Below, in pieces: positions 10,064 to 18,883 of a stretch of 64,000 nt of DNA (its first letter is position 1; the number at the start of each line of letters is the position of its first letter). The translations under genes were made by a program, and so were the position numbers. Under the pieces are notes generated by a model, which saw only the letters and a list, made by a program, of their open reading frames with translations, made no database searches and was not told the DNA's origin. Source of the stretch: Synechococcus sp. (GTDB lineage Bacteria > Cyanobacteriota > Cyanobacteriia > PCC-6307 > Cyanobiaceae); the NCBI GenBank assembly GCA_047285805.1, contig JBJBCN010000002.1, forward strand, positions 1-64,000. Reading direction: 5' to 3'.

Positions 10064-10590
10064 GCCGGAACCCGCTTGTCCAGGCTGGTGACCTTTAGAT
10101 AGGCCGTATTCACTCCGGAGGCGCGCTCCAGAGCGATGCGGCCCGTGCGGGCGATTTCAAGAATTCCGTAGCCCTCGAGCACGTTCGTGATCGCCACGAG
10201 CTTCCCAGGGTCGCCCACGACCTCAATGACGAGGGCGCTGTCGGCGACGTCGACGACCTTGGCGCGGAAGACCTGGACGAGATCCAGAATGGCTGCACGG
10301 TTCTCGGGGGGTGCAGAGACCTTAATCAGCATCAGTTCCCTCTCCACCGAAGGGATCGGTGTGAGGTCGGTTACCGCCAGTACGTTCACCAGTTTGTCAA
10401 GCTGTTTGGTGAGCTGTTCCAGGGTTTGCGCGTCACCGTCCACCACCATGGTGAGCCGGGATTTGCCGCGGTTCTCAGCCGGGCCGACGGCCAGGCTTTC
10501 GATGTTGAAGCCGCGGCGGGCAAACAGACCAGCGATGCGGCTGAGTGCACCGGATTCGTCTTCCACCAGCACCGAGAGGGTGTGCTTCAT
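10060..10590 (-). CDS. ilvN: Acetolactate synthase small subunit
   Basis: [33 protein letters not shown]. Confidence 0.97.
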   Translation of the reverse strand: MKHTLSVLVEDESGALSRIAGLFARRGFNIESLAVGPAENRGKSRLTMVVDGDAQTLEQLTKQLDKLVNVLAVTDLTPIPSVERELMLIKVSAPPENRAAILDLVQVFRAKVVDVADSALVIEVVGDPGKLVAITNVLEGYGILEIARTGRIALERASGVNTAYLKVTSLDKRVPA

Positions 10591-11570
10591 GCCCAGGGCG
10601 GTTCGTGTGGCTGACCTCTCCCCAAGTTACGTGTCAGCCAGCTGATCACCATGCTGTTGAACAACTCCGGCCGCTCGTCATGGGGGCAGTGGCCTAGATC
10701 CTGAAGCAGTTCCAGCTGCAAATCACCCTTGTGGGGGTGCAGTTGCCGGCTGATCCTGGGCGGAACCAGGCGGTCCTGATTGCCCCAAAGCACCAGGAGC
10801 GGCTGCTGCATTCGCCGTAGCAGGGGTGCGGCGGTCGCCTCCCGGGGCCTGAGGGCCATGCCGATGCTCATCGCCCTTAAGGCCTGGGCCGCCTCGGGGC
10901 GTAGTGCTGGCCGAGCGATTAGGCGCCGCAGTTCGCCATCGACCGCCCCTTGGTCCTGATAAGCGCTGCGCAATCCAAGGTCCAGCAGCGGCGTGCGGGC
11001 GATAAAGGGCAATAGCAGCTCCAGCGGCAGGATCCGGCAGAGCAGGACCACCACGCGGCGTTTCCAAGTGCGCCGCCAGCGGGGCCGCCGCCTCCGAATG
11101 GGCATCAGCAATGTTGGATCCGGTAAGGGTGCCGCCACCACCCCCCGTACCCAGCTGGGGAAGAAGACCGCGCAGGTCACGGCCACGAGGCTGCCTAGAG
11201 AGTTGCCCACCAGCACCGCGGGGCCTTGGACCACCTGCTCGAGGAAGCCCTGGAGCTGCCGGGCCCAAAGCCGGTTATCGAGCGGGCGATGGCGCCGGTG
11301 CCGCGGTTGGCTTGAGCCGCCAAAGCCCACCAGATCCAGGGCGTAGACGCACCAGCCGGCCTCGGCCAGCGCGGCGGCGTTGCGGCGCCAGTGACCGCTG
11401 GCCGCGCCGAAGCCATGGATCAGTACCAGCGCGGGGGACGTCCGCGCACCGATGACACGCCAGTGGCAGGCATGGCCCTGCCAGTGCCAGGTCCCGTGCT
11501 TCCCCCAGTGCACCCCCGCAGAGGCAGGCTGGAGATCCAATCGCGGTGGCGCATTCACAGTGGCCGACAC
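10587..11570 (-). CDS. Alpha/beta hydrolase
   Basis: HGFGA, GNSLG and GHCPHDE motifs. Confidence 0.9.
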   Translation of the reverse strand: MSATVNAPPRLDLQPASAGVHWGKHGTWHWQGHACHWRVIGARTSPALVLIHGFGAASGHWRRNAAALAEAGWCVYALDLVGFGGSSQPRHRRHRPLDNRLWARQLQGFLEQVVQGPAVLVGNSLGSLVAVTCAVFFPSWVRGVVAAPLPDPTLLMPIRRRRPRWRRTWKRRVVVLLCRILPLELLLPFIARTPLLDLGLRSAYQDQGAVDGELRRLIARPALRPEAAQALRAMSIGMALRPREATAAPLLRRMQQPLLVLWGNQDRLVPPRISRQLHPHKGDLQLELLQDLGHCPHDERPELFNSMVISWLTRNLGRGQPHEPPWA

Positions 11571-12702
11571 GGCTAGCCCAGCTCACTATTGCGAAGGAGC
11601 GGCGCAACTGCTGCTGGGACCTGGCTTTTTTCGGCCGCAATCCCGTCCCTCCCGGGATGCCGGGGTGCTGTTGACCCGTTGGCTGACGCGGGAGCGCCCA
11701 GGGAGGGTGCTCGATGTGATGGCGGGCTGCGGGATCCGGGGCCTGCGCTACGGCCTCGAGGGCCGGGCCAAGGAGGTATGGGCGAACGATGCCGACGTCA
11801 ATCGCTTGCCCCTGCTGAAGCAGAACCTGCAGCCCCTGCAGGGACGTCGCTTGGAGCTCAGTGCGCGCAAGGCTCAGCACCTGCTGGCCGACTGCTTCAT
11901 GCAGCAGCGGCGTTTTGATCTACTCGATCTCGACGCCTTTGGCTGCCCAACGGCCCTGGTGCCCCTGGCCCTTGAAGCCCTGGAATTCGGAGGGGTTCTC
12001 TACTTAGCAAGCACCGATGGCCGCTCCCCCACCGGCCATGACCGTCCGTCGGCGATCCGCTCCTTGGGGGCCGCCGCCCGGGCCCACCCCTCCAGCTGGG
12101 AGTTGGCCCTGCGCCTGCAGCTCGCCGTGGTGGCCAAGGTGGCCTGGGCCATGGGGCGCGGGATTCAGCCCCTCTTTTCTTTTAGTGAGGGTCGGACCTT
12201 CCGGACGGCGATTCAATTGCGGCGCCGCCCGGAGCCTCGCGAAGAGGAGCAGCTTGGGCTTTGGGCCTACTGCCACCGCTGCGCCGAGCAGTCCCAACAA
12301 AGCCTGCTGCGCCTGCGCCGCTGGCCGGCCTGTGGCTGCGGCGATGATCCGGCGGCCCCCCTGGCGATTTCAGGACCCCTCTGGCTGGGGCCCCTGCAGG
12401 ACCCGCTGGTCTTGGGGGAGCTGCTGCAGGACGCCGAGGGACTGCCCAAGGAGAGCGTGGCACCAGCGAGCCGGCGACTGCTGGAGGGACTGCGGATGGA
12501 TGACGGTCTGCCGGTCTCCTGTTGGCCGGTCGATGCCCTGGCCAAACGCCTCGGCGGTGGGCCGCCTCGCTTGGATGCGCTGATCGAGTGTCTGCGGGCC
12601 GAGGGCTTTGCGGCCCAGCGCTCCGGGGTGATGTCTGCTCAGTTCCGCTGCAATGCGCCCTTTTCGCGCGTGGTGGAGTTGGCTTCTGCGCTAGATAGGT
12701 AG
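11560..12702 (+). CDS. Trm1-like N2,N2-dimethylguanosine tRNA methyltransferase
   Basis: FFRP, DVMAGCGIRGLRY, DLDAFG and GPLWLGPL motifs. Start placed at GTG 11560 (uncertain). Confidence 0.85.
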   Translation: MADTASPAHYCEGAAQLLLGPGFFRPQSRPSRDAGVLLTRWLTRERPGRVLDVMAGCGIRGLRYGLEGRAKEVWANDADVNRLPLLKQNLQPLQGRRLELSARKAQHLLADCFMQQRRFDLLDLDAFGCPTALVPLALEALEFGGVLYLASTDGRSPTGHDRPSAIRSLGAAARAHPSSWELALRLQLAVVAKVAWAMGRGIQPLFSFSEGRTFRTAIQLRRRPEPREEEQLGLWAYCHRCAEQSQQSLLRLRRWPACGCGDDPAAPLAISGPLWLGPLQDPLVLGELLQDAEGLPKESVAPASRRLLEGLRMDDGLPVSCWPVDALAKRLGGGPPRLDALIECLRAEGFAAQRSGVMSAQFRCNAPFSRVVELASALDR

Positions 12703-12720
12703 CCGTTACGGCTTGGGTTC

Positions 12721-12822
12721 ATGGCCTCGGAAATCTTCGGCACCGCAGCGCTGTTCTGGATTCTGATCCCCCTGGGTCTGGTGGGTGGCGCCCTGCTGCT
12801 GAAGCTCCAAGGCGACAACTGA
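12721..12822 (+). CDS. petM: Cytochrome b6f subunit PetM (33 aa, not in ORF track)
   Basis: [33 protein letters not shown]. Confidence 0.95.
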   Translation: MASEIFGTAALFWILIPLGLVGGALLLKLQGDN

Positions 12823-12883
12823 TCCCCAAATCGCGGGCCGGTTCGGCTCGCCTTTAGGCTCGCACCTCTCTTTTTACAGCCCG

Positions 12884-13846
12884 ATGCAGGTCCTGGTGAT
12901 CGGTGGAACCGGAACCCTGGGTCGTCAGATCGCACGTCAGGCCTTGGATGCCGGCCATCAGGTCCGCTGCATGGTGCGCTCGCCGCGCAAAGCCGCCTTC
13001 CTGCAGGAGTGGGGTTGTGAGCTGACCCGCGGCGATCTGCTCGAGCCCGACAGCCTCGACTACGCCCTGGAGGGCCAAGAGGCCGTCATCGACGCGGCGA
13101 CCGCGCGGGCAACGGATCCAGGCAGCGTCTACGACACTGACTGGACCGGAAAGGTCAACCTTTTGAACGCCTGCGAGCGGGCTGGGGTCAAGCGTTTCAT
13201 CTTCCTGTCACTGCTCGGCGCGGAGAAGCATGGTGATGTCCCTTTGATGGACATCAAGCACTGCACCGAGCAGGCGCTGATCGACTCCGACTTCGATTAC
13301 ACGATTCTCCGGGGCGTCGCCTTCATGCAGGGCCTGATTAGCCAGATCGCGATCCCGGTTCTTGAAAGTCAGACGGTTTGGGTGAGCGGCACTCCCACGC
13401 CGATCGCTTACATGAACACCCAGGACCTGGCCCGCTTTGCCGTAGCGGCCCTGAGCCGGGCTGAAACTAGTCGTAAGGCGTTCCCGGTGGTTGGGAACCG
13501 TGCTTGGAGCACAGGTGAGATCACCCAGATGTGCGAGAAATACACCGCCAAGAGCGCCCGCGTGATCCGCGTGCAGCCGTTCCTGCTGCGGCTGATGCAG
13601 AGCATCAGTGCCTTCTTTGAGCCCTCGGTGAACGTCGCGGAGCGTCTTGCCTTCGACAAGGTGATGGGCGGTGGAGAAGCCCTGTCGGCCCCGATGGAGG
13701 AGAGCTATGCCGCCTTTGGCCTCGATCCGTCGGAGACCACGGACATGGAGGCCTACCTGAAGGAGTACTACGACACGATCCTCAAGCGCCTGCGTGACAT
13801 GGAGGCGGATTTGGACAAGGACGCCAAGAAGAAATTGCCTTTCTGA
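12884..13846 (+). CDS. ycf39: Ycf39/NmrA-family atypical SDR
   Basis: GGTGTLGRQ Rossmann motif, VPLMDIK, located after petM. Confidence 0.85.
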   Translation: MQVLVIGGTGTLGRQIARQALDAGHQVRCMVRSPRKAAFLQEWGCELTRGDLLEPDSLDYALEGQEAVIDAATARATDPGSVYDTDWTGKVNLLNACERAGVKRFIFLSLLGAEKHGDVPLMDIKHCTEQALIDSDFDYTILRGVAFMQGLISQIAIPVLESQTVWVSGTPTPIAYMNTQDLARFAVAALSRAETSRKAFPVVGNRAWSTGEITQMCEKYTAKSARVIRVQPFLLRLMQSISAFFEPSVNVAERLAFDKVMGGGEALSAPMEESYAAFGLDPSETTDMEAYLKEYYDTILKRLRDMEADLDKDAKKKLPF

Positions 13847-13902
13847 CCTCTAGTCAGCGAACTAATTCACTTGTACTATTCAACTGATTTTGAGGTGATT
13901 CG

Positions 13903-14118
13903 GTGGCCATTGCTCAGATCAAAAACCTGCAGCGCCGTCTCGGTTTGCTTGAGCAAGAGGCCGTCGAAGAGGTGAGTCGAGCTTGTGGCAACGACCTCTG
14001 GCAGACCGTCGGCTTTGACGTCGTCGACAGCATGGAAGACGCCGATCGCCGCGCCCGCGCGAACTACTACTACGGGCAACTCCAGGTGGTACGTGAGCTG
14101 AAGGACGTGATCGGCTAG
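13903..14118 (+). CDS. Conserved hypothetical protein
   Basis: 71-aa ORF with host-like codon usage and GAGG upstream. Confidence 0.7.
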   Translation: MAIAQIKNLQRRLGLLEQEAVEEVSRACGNDLWQTVGFDVVDSMEDADRRARANYYYGQLQVVRELKDVIG

Positions 14119-14597
14119 GCCGTTAGGGCCCGAATCGGCACACCGCAAGAATAGAGGTGCCCCGGTACCAGGGCGACTAGAGCCAGTTCGCCGTCCTCAT
14201 GGCAGGCCTTGCTCTTGGTGGCAAAGGCAGCCGCGTCGTTGGCTCCCCAGACCAGTTCGCCCTTGGCCTCCTCCCGGTACTCCTCCCAGAGCTCAGTGAA
14301 TTCCTCGCCGTCGGCGCCGTTGAGCAGGAACTGAATCGCGTTCTCGGGTCCGACCTCTTCATGGAGCGCGAAGAGCTGTTGGATCAGCGGGTGATCCACG
14401 GTCCGGGAGATGCGCAGTACGGACCCGATCGTGCCGATCGCACTTTCATAGACCCGGGTTGGTGTCTTTCGGGCATCGATCACGGCCACGGGCAGCGCCA
14501 AGGACCAACTGGCTTGGGTTTCTGCATTGCGCGCAATGTCCGCGAGCTCCTCGCGCACGCTCTCCACCAGAGCCTGGATGCCGCCGTCATTCGCCAT
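14115..14597 (-). CDS. Hypothetical protein, paralogue of 16172..16677
   Basis: AGGAG upstream. Shares WSL...AVIDAR...GTI.SVL...W...D.AAF..KS with the second copy. Confidence 0.8.
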   Translation of the reverse strand: MANDGGIQALVESVREELADIARNAETQASWSLALPVAVIDARKTPTRVYESAIGTIGSVLRISRTVDHPLIQQLFALHEEVGPENAIQFLLNGADGEEFTELWEEYREEAKGELVWGANDAAAFATKSKACHEDGELALVALVPGHLYSCGVPIRALTA

Positions 14598-14614
14598 GGC
14601 AGAAGTGTCTCCTA

Positions 14615-15133
14615 TTAACGATCCCAGCCGTCCAGGATCTCCATCCCTGCGAAGCCGAGCGGAGCAGGCGCAGGGTTCGGTCCTGCGGGGAGCGCCTCGA
14701 TAGCAAAGGGATAGAGGCTGTTCATTAGGGATTGTTTGGCGGCCACGGGACCTCGGTCAGCGTTGAACCTGGGGGAGGTGGATCGGGACAGTCCAACCCG
14801 CATGGTGCGTTTCTGCTCGTGGAACTGGGCCTGGACGGGAATTGCTTCGCTTTCCTGGCGCGGGCGGCTGAAGAACGCGCTGGTTTGCTTGGGATCGATC
14901 CAGAAGCTTTGATCGCTTCCTGAGGTTTCGGTGATCACAAGGCCCTCCAGATGGGCTCCTGCGTTCTCAACCAGCGAGACCGTGAAGTAGTACTCGAGTC
15001 CGCCGGCGTCGACGAGAAAGTCGTAGTTGGTGAACTTCATCCGCCAGGGGGTCTGGGTGAAAAAGCTCTGACAGTTGAGCTTGAGTGTCCAGCCTTGGCT
15101 TTGAGCAAGCGCGCTTACCAAGCCGATCCCCAC
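14615..15133 (-). pseudogene. DUF2808-like protein with an apparent pair of compensating frameshifts
   Basis: YYFTVSL..NAG..L, TSAF and ALPAGPNP..LG recall DUF2808. The expected PPPPGSTLT..NNP segment is in another frame. Confidence 0.6.
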
Positions 15134-15168
15134 CCAATGGCTGAGCTTGGTAAGCGGTCAACGCTTGC

Positions 15169-15345
15169 TTAGGCGGCGAGATCCTTCTGCTGTTGCTGGC
15201 GAAGGCGAAGGGCCACGAGCTTCTCCTTCTCGCGGAGTGCCTCAAGTTGCTCGTTCGAGACACGCGGGTTATGGACCTCCCAATCTCGGTCTGCTGCGAG
15301 AGCGGCATCTCCTTGGCCTGCGCTGTTGGGAACGGTTTGTTCCAT
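15169..15345 (-). CDS. Small hypothetical protein (58 aa)
   Basis: ORF MEQTVPN...KDLAA fills the gap. Confidence 0.45.
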   Translation of the reverse strand: MEQTVPNSAGQGDAALAADRDWEVHNPRVSNEQLEALREKEKLVALRLRQQQQKDLAA

Positions 15346-15492
15346 GGTCTGGCGCTGCGGCTTCATCCACTCCAGCACTATCACTGCATCGCCGGATCAG
15401 GTCTTAATGCTTGTGTAAGGCCCGGTATTTCTGCTCTGGACGCTCTTCTTTCACTCGTCGTAGGAAAAGAGCCACAGCCAGAGGAGGAGACC

Positions 15493-15720
15493 ATGGCTGA
15501 TCAACGCCACCCCGAGTCAGGCAGCTGCGAACGCCGGACCTGCTTGAAATGGCAGCCCTCCGGTGAGCTGTCCGAACATGACTTCGCCAATTTGATGGAG
15601 CTGCTGCTTGTAGCAGACCAAGAGCTCCACGCTGACGATCACTGCGATCTCAAGCAGCGCTTGATCAGCGCAGGACCACAGATTCCTGCTGTCCGCTGGC
15701 GCGGGCCAAGTCTTCGCTGA
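15493..15720 (+). CDS. Small hypothetical protein
   Basis: Strong SD (GAGGAGGAG) before ATG 15493. Contains LKWQPSGELS. Confidence 0.65.
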   Translation: MADQRHPESGSCERRTCLKWQPSGELSEHDFANLMELLLVADQELHADDHCDLKQRLISAGPQIPAVRWRGPSLR

Positions 15721-15922
15721 GGATAAGGAGCGCGATGCCCATCAGGGCGAGGGCGGTGCCGCGGTCCTCCGTGCTGCAGTTCTCAATGAGCCGGGCCGTC
15801 TCTAGGTGTTGGCTCCAACTCAGCTGCATGAGGGTGCATCGACCACCTTTTCACTATCAATCCAGTGACTGCGCCTGCGTGGCCCTGATTACAACCTGAA
15901 ACACTGACAATCCAGCGGGTCG

Positions 15923-15963
15923 GTAGCTCTGGTTACGTCTTGCCTGGTTTAAGCCGATACGTT
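15923..15963 (+). promoter_or_regulatory. NtcA-activated promoter
   Basis: GTA-GCTCTGGT-TAC at 15923..15936, a 21-nt spacer, then TAN3T (TACGTT) at 15958..15963. Confidence 0.75.
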
Positions 15964-15989
15964 TCGATCAATCGTCGGTTGCAGGCGCG

Positions 15990-16169
15990 ATGTCCAACTC
16001 GATTGCACTCACCGTTGGCCAACAGTTTGAAATTGAGCGTTTCAATCGCGCTCTGGATGCCACAACAGATCCAGATCAATTGCGCAGCCTGGCGAAGCAG
16101 TTAATGCATGCTTGGCAGACTCAGAAGGCAGCGACCAAGTGGGTTGTTGAGCAGCAGAGCGGACGCTGA
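15990..16169 (+). CDS. nblA: NblA-like phycobilisome degradation adaptor (59 aa, not in ORF track)
   Basis: MSNSIALTVGQQFEIERFNRALD...LRSLAKQLMHAWQTQKAATKW carries the L-T-x-x-Q-x-F NblA-type motif. NtcA box upstream. Confidence 0.75.
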   Translation: MSNSIALTVGQQFEIERFNRALDATTDPDQLRSLAKQLMHAWQTQKAATKWVVEQQSGR

Positions 16170-16171
16170 GA

Positions 16172-16677
16172 CTAGGAGAGCCAGTTGAGGGGAAGTGAAA
16201 AGGTCAGGACCCCGTGGGTGTTGGCCGTTGTCCCGGTGTGACCGCAACGCAGGCCAGCTCCCGGTCATTCCAAGCCTCGCGTGATTTGGCCACAAAGGCA
16301 GCAGAATCACCGACTGACCACACCGCGTGGCCCTTTTCTTCGCGCTCTTCTTTGTAGCGCTCGTAGATCTCCTTGAAGGCTTCCGCTTCGGCACTATCGA
16401 GAAATTCCGATAACGCCAGCTCGGGGTCGCTCTCTCGGGCCCGCTTTAGGAAGGACTGAAGCAACGGGCTATCGAGAACGCTACTGGCGACCAGGACCGA
16501 GTTAATCGTGCCCACATGGGTGGTGATGACCTGGGGCGCCGCGTTGCGGGCATCAATCACCGCACAAATGGTGGAGAGGGACCACTCCCGCTCGGCCTTG
16601 ACCAAGTTGGCGGGGGCGCGCAGCAGCTGACGTACGTTGCCGACGAGATGTTTGACGAACTTCTCGGATTCCCCCAT
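16172..16677 (-). CDS. Hypothetical protein, paralogue of 14115..14597, with a probable 3' frameshift
   Basis: ORF stops at 16204, but an alternative frame from ~16232 to TAG at 16172 matches the paralogue's C-terminus. Confidence 0.7.
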
Positions 16678-16764
16678 CGCCCCTCTCCCCTTTGGCAGAC
16701 CGTAGCGATTGCGGAGCTTGGATGAAGCGACTAGGACTACTGGGCGCAGGCTTGATCCCGGCGG

Positions 16765-17013
16765 ATGCTGGTTTTGAACATCACCAACGCCTCCAAGGTC
16801 GTGGCGGCCAAGACGAATCGCTTCTTTGAGGCGCTTACGCCCGATCGTCTCGATCAGAAGCTGGTCGAGGAGCAGGTGATGAAGGGGCTGATCGAGCAGC
16901 TCAGGGCCGAGGGCATTGAGGCCGAGGTGGCCCTCGTCGATGGCCTTGAGTTCGGTAGCAAGGGCGTCCTGGTCACCGAGCGCCTACGCACCAAGCACCG
17001 CGAACGCATCTAG
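16765..17013 (+). CDS. Conserved picocyanobacterial hypothetical protein
   Basis: 82-aa ORF MLVLNITNAS...EGIEAEV with typical codon usage. Confidence 0.7.
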   Translation: MLVLNITNASKVVAAKTNRFFEALTPDRLDQKLVEEQVMKGLIEQLRAEGIEAEVALVDGLEFGSKGVLVTERLRTKHRERI

Positions 17014-17348
17014 CGCCTCTGGCGCCATTGCCAGAAGGCGCGGATCAGCTTCCGGTGGGGTGGGGTGACATCCACCATCGGCCGAGGGGCTGCCTGTCGA
17101 TAGAGGTTCTCGAAGAACGGCTCCAGCGGCGTCCCCTGGAAGGGATTGCGCTGTTGGGCGGCGACCGTGTGTTCGGCCTCCTTGCGCAGCCTCCGCAGAG
17201 TCGGGATCAGCATCAGGCTGACCACCAGCGCCATCAGCAGCAAATAGGGCAGCAGGCTGGCCAGCCAGATCGTGGCCACGACCGCAGAAGCAGCCTGCAG
17301 CAGGACCGTGATCCAGGGGGGGCGTTCTCGGCCCGGGAGCTGTTTCAC
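17010..17348 (-). CDS. Hypothetical membrane protein
   Basis: Hydrophobic N-terminal half and a VDVTP motif near the C-terminus. Confidence 0.6.
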   Translation of the reverse strand: MKQLPGRERPPWITVLLQAASAVVATIWLASLLPYLLLMALVVSLMLIPTLRRLRKEAEHTVAAQQRNPFQGTPLEPFFENLYRQAAPRPMVDVTPPHRKLIRAFWQWRQRR

Positions 17349-17536
17349 AGGCGTCAGTCGTTGAGCACCGCGTGGAAGTTGCAGACCTTGCTCAGGCTAT
17401 CCTCGCCGCAAAAATCAATAGTGTTCCTCGATCCCTGCAGCCGCAGCTGGGAGGAGACTAATCCGCTGCCCAGGAGTAGGAACCAGAAGCTGAGGACCGC
17501 TGCTGTTCGAAGCAGATCCCCGGTTCTCCTCAAGAC

Positions 17537-17662
17537 TTAGCTGCTCCCGGCATGGCCTTTGTGCTCGAGCACAAAGGCAACTTCTCGGATCAACTCTCGC
17601 ACTCCATAGAGAGCCAGAGCGCTCACAATGCCTGCAACCAGTAGGGGCACGGCGTAGTCCAT
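17537..17662 (-). CDS. Small single-pass membrane protein (41 aa)
   Basis: MDYAVPLLVAGIVSALALYGVRELIRE... Confidence 0.45.
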   Translation of the reverse strand: MDYAVPLLVAGIVSALALYGVRELIREVAFVLEHKGHAGSS

Positions 17663-17688
17663 GGGGAATCGCGCGCGTTTCCCCTGTC

Positions 17689-18372
17689 TTATCTCCGGAA
17701 CTTGTCTTTGGCGACGCCCCCCTTTCCCCAACCTCCAGCGCGGCCCGACTTTCCTCCCCCCGCGCGGCCGCCCCGGCCCGATTGCAGCAGGAATTGAAGC
17801 CGGCGCTGTTCGTCCTCATGGACCGGCCGCCATTGGCCCGGCGCCAGTCCGTCCAGGTTGAGGGGCGGGCCTCCATCCATCAGATCCATCGCCACTCGCA
17901 GCAGCCGCAGGGTGGGGAGCCCGACGGCCGCGGTCATCCGCCGCACTTGACGGTTGCGGCCCTCCCGAAGCTCCAGCTCCAGCCAGTTCGTGGGGATTCT
18001 CTGGCGCACGCGAATGGGTGGATCGCGCTCGGGCCAGCTGGGGTCTGCGATCGCTCGGGCCTGGGCGGGCAGGGTGCGTTGTCCCTGAATCACCAGCCCA
18101 GCGCGCAGGGTGTCGAGGGCCTCTTCGCTGGGGAAGCCCTCCACCTGGCTCCAATAACGGCGCCAGTGCCCCCAGGCGGGATCGGTCAGCCTCTGTTGCA
18201 GTCGCCCGTTGCTGGTCAGCAGCAGCAAGCCCTCGCTGTCCGCATCGAGCCTTCCCGCGGCGTAGACCCCGGGAACGTCGATGTGATCGGAGAGGCAGCC
18301 CCAGCGGCTCCCCTCTTCAGGGGTGAACTGACTAAGGACGCCGTAGGGCTTGTGGAAGAGAAGGGTCGTCAG
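17689..18372 (-). CDS. RluE/RsuA-family rRNA pseudouridine synthase (probable CTG start)
   Basis: FHKPYGVLSQF, catalytic GRLDADSEGLLL and EGRNRQVRRM. Homology extends upstream of the track's start. Confidence 0.9.
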   Translation of the reverse strand: MTTLLFHKPYGVLSQFTPEEGSRWGCLSDHIDVPGVYAAGRLDADSEGLLLLTSNGRLQQRLTDPAWGHWRRYWSQVEGFPSEEALDTLRAGLVIQGQRTLPAQARAIADPSWPERDPPIRVRQRIPTNWLELELREGRNRQVRRMTAAVGLPTLRLLRVAMDLMDGGPPLNLDGLAPGQWRPVHEDEQRRLQFLLQSGRGGRAGGGKSGRAGGWGKGGVAKDKFRR

Positions 18373-18562
18373 AAGCCGGCGCTCAGCTCAGGAAGCCTGG
18401 CGAGCCTTCCAGAGATTCACAACCCCAATGGAGATCATCAGCAGTCCGATGTCCATCGAAACGGGGGGGAGAACCATGCCGGCTGACACAACAATCTTGA
18501 GCGACGACCCTAGCGACACCTAAGCTGTGGATAGCACTTGGGTTGGCCACTAGCAGCAGCGC

Positions 18563-18829
18563 ATGATTGAGACCTCCGGCGTCATCGAGAAGGAACAGGG
18601 CAACGGGTTCTACCTGGTCACCCTCGAGCAGCCTGCTGGCCACCAATGCCTCTGCCGCGCCGCCGGCAAGCTGACCAAGTTCCGCATCAAATTGCTTGCA
18701 GGCGACAAGGTGCTCGTTGAGATCAGCCCCTACGACCTCAGCCGTGGCCGCATCACCTACCGCGAGCGCAATGCCAATGCCGGCCCCCGTCCGGGCGGCA
18801 ACCGTCCCGGTGGCCCCCGCCGCCGCTGA
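18563..18829 (+). CDS. infA: Translation initiation factor IF-1
   Basis: MIETSGVI...GDKVLVEISPYDLSRGRITYR. Confidence 0.97.
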   Translation: MIETSGVIEKEQGNGFYLVTLEQPAGHQCLCRAAGKLTKFRIKLLAGDKVLVEISPYDLSRGRITYRERNANAGPRPGGNRPGGPRRR

Positions 18830-18830
18830 T

Positions 18831-18872
18831 CACTCCTCAACCCCTGGCCGCCAGGCCAGGGGTTGAGGAGTG
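18831..18872. terminator. Perfect 19-bp hairpin between convergent infA and ntrC
   Basis: CACTCCTCAACCCCTGGCC-GCCA-GGCCAGGGGTTGAGGAGTG. Confidence 0.7.
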
Positions 18873-18883
18873 GGCTCTGCCCC

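Noticed and set aside
15415..15428. Second NtcA site (GTA-N8-TAT)
   Set aside because: Imperfect palindrome with no convincing -10 element at the expected spacing.
18832..18842. Yfr1 sRNA motif
   Set aside because: Reads ACTCCTCAAC rather than ACTCCTCACAC, and is part of a stem.
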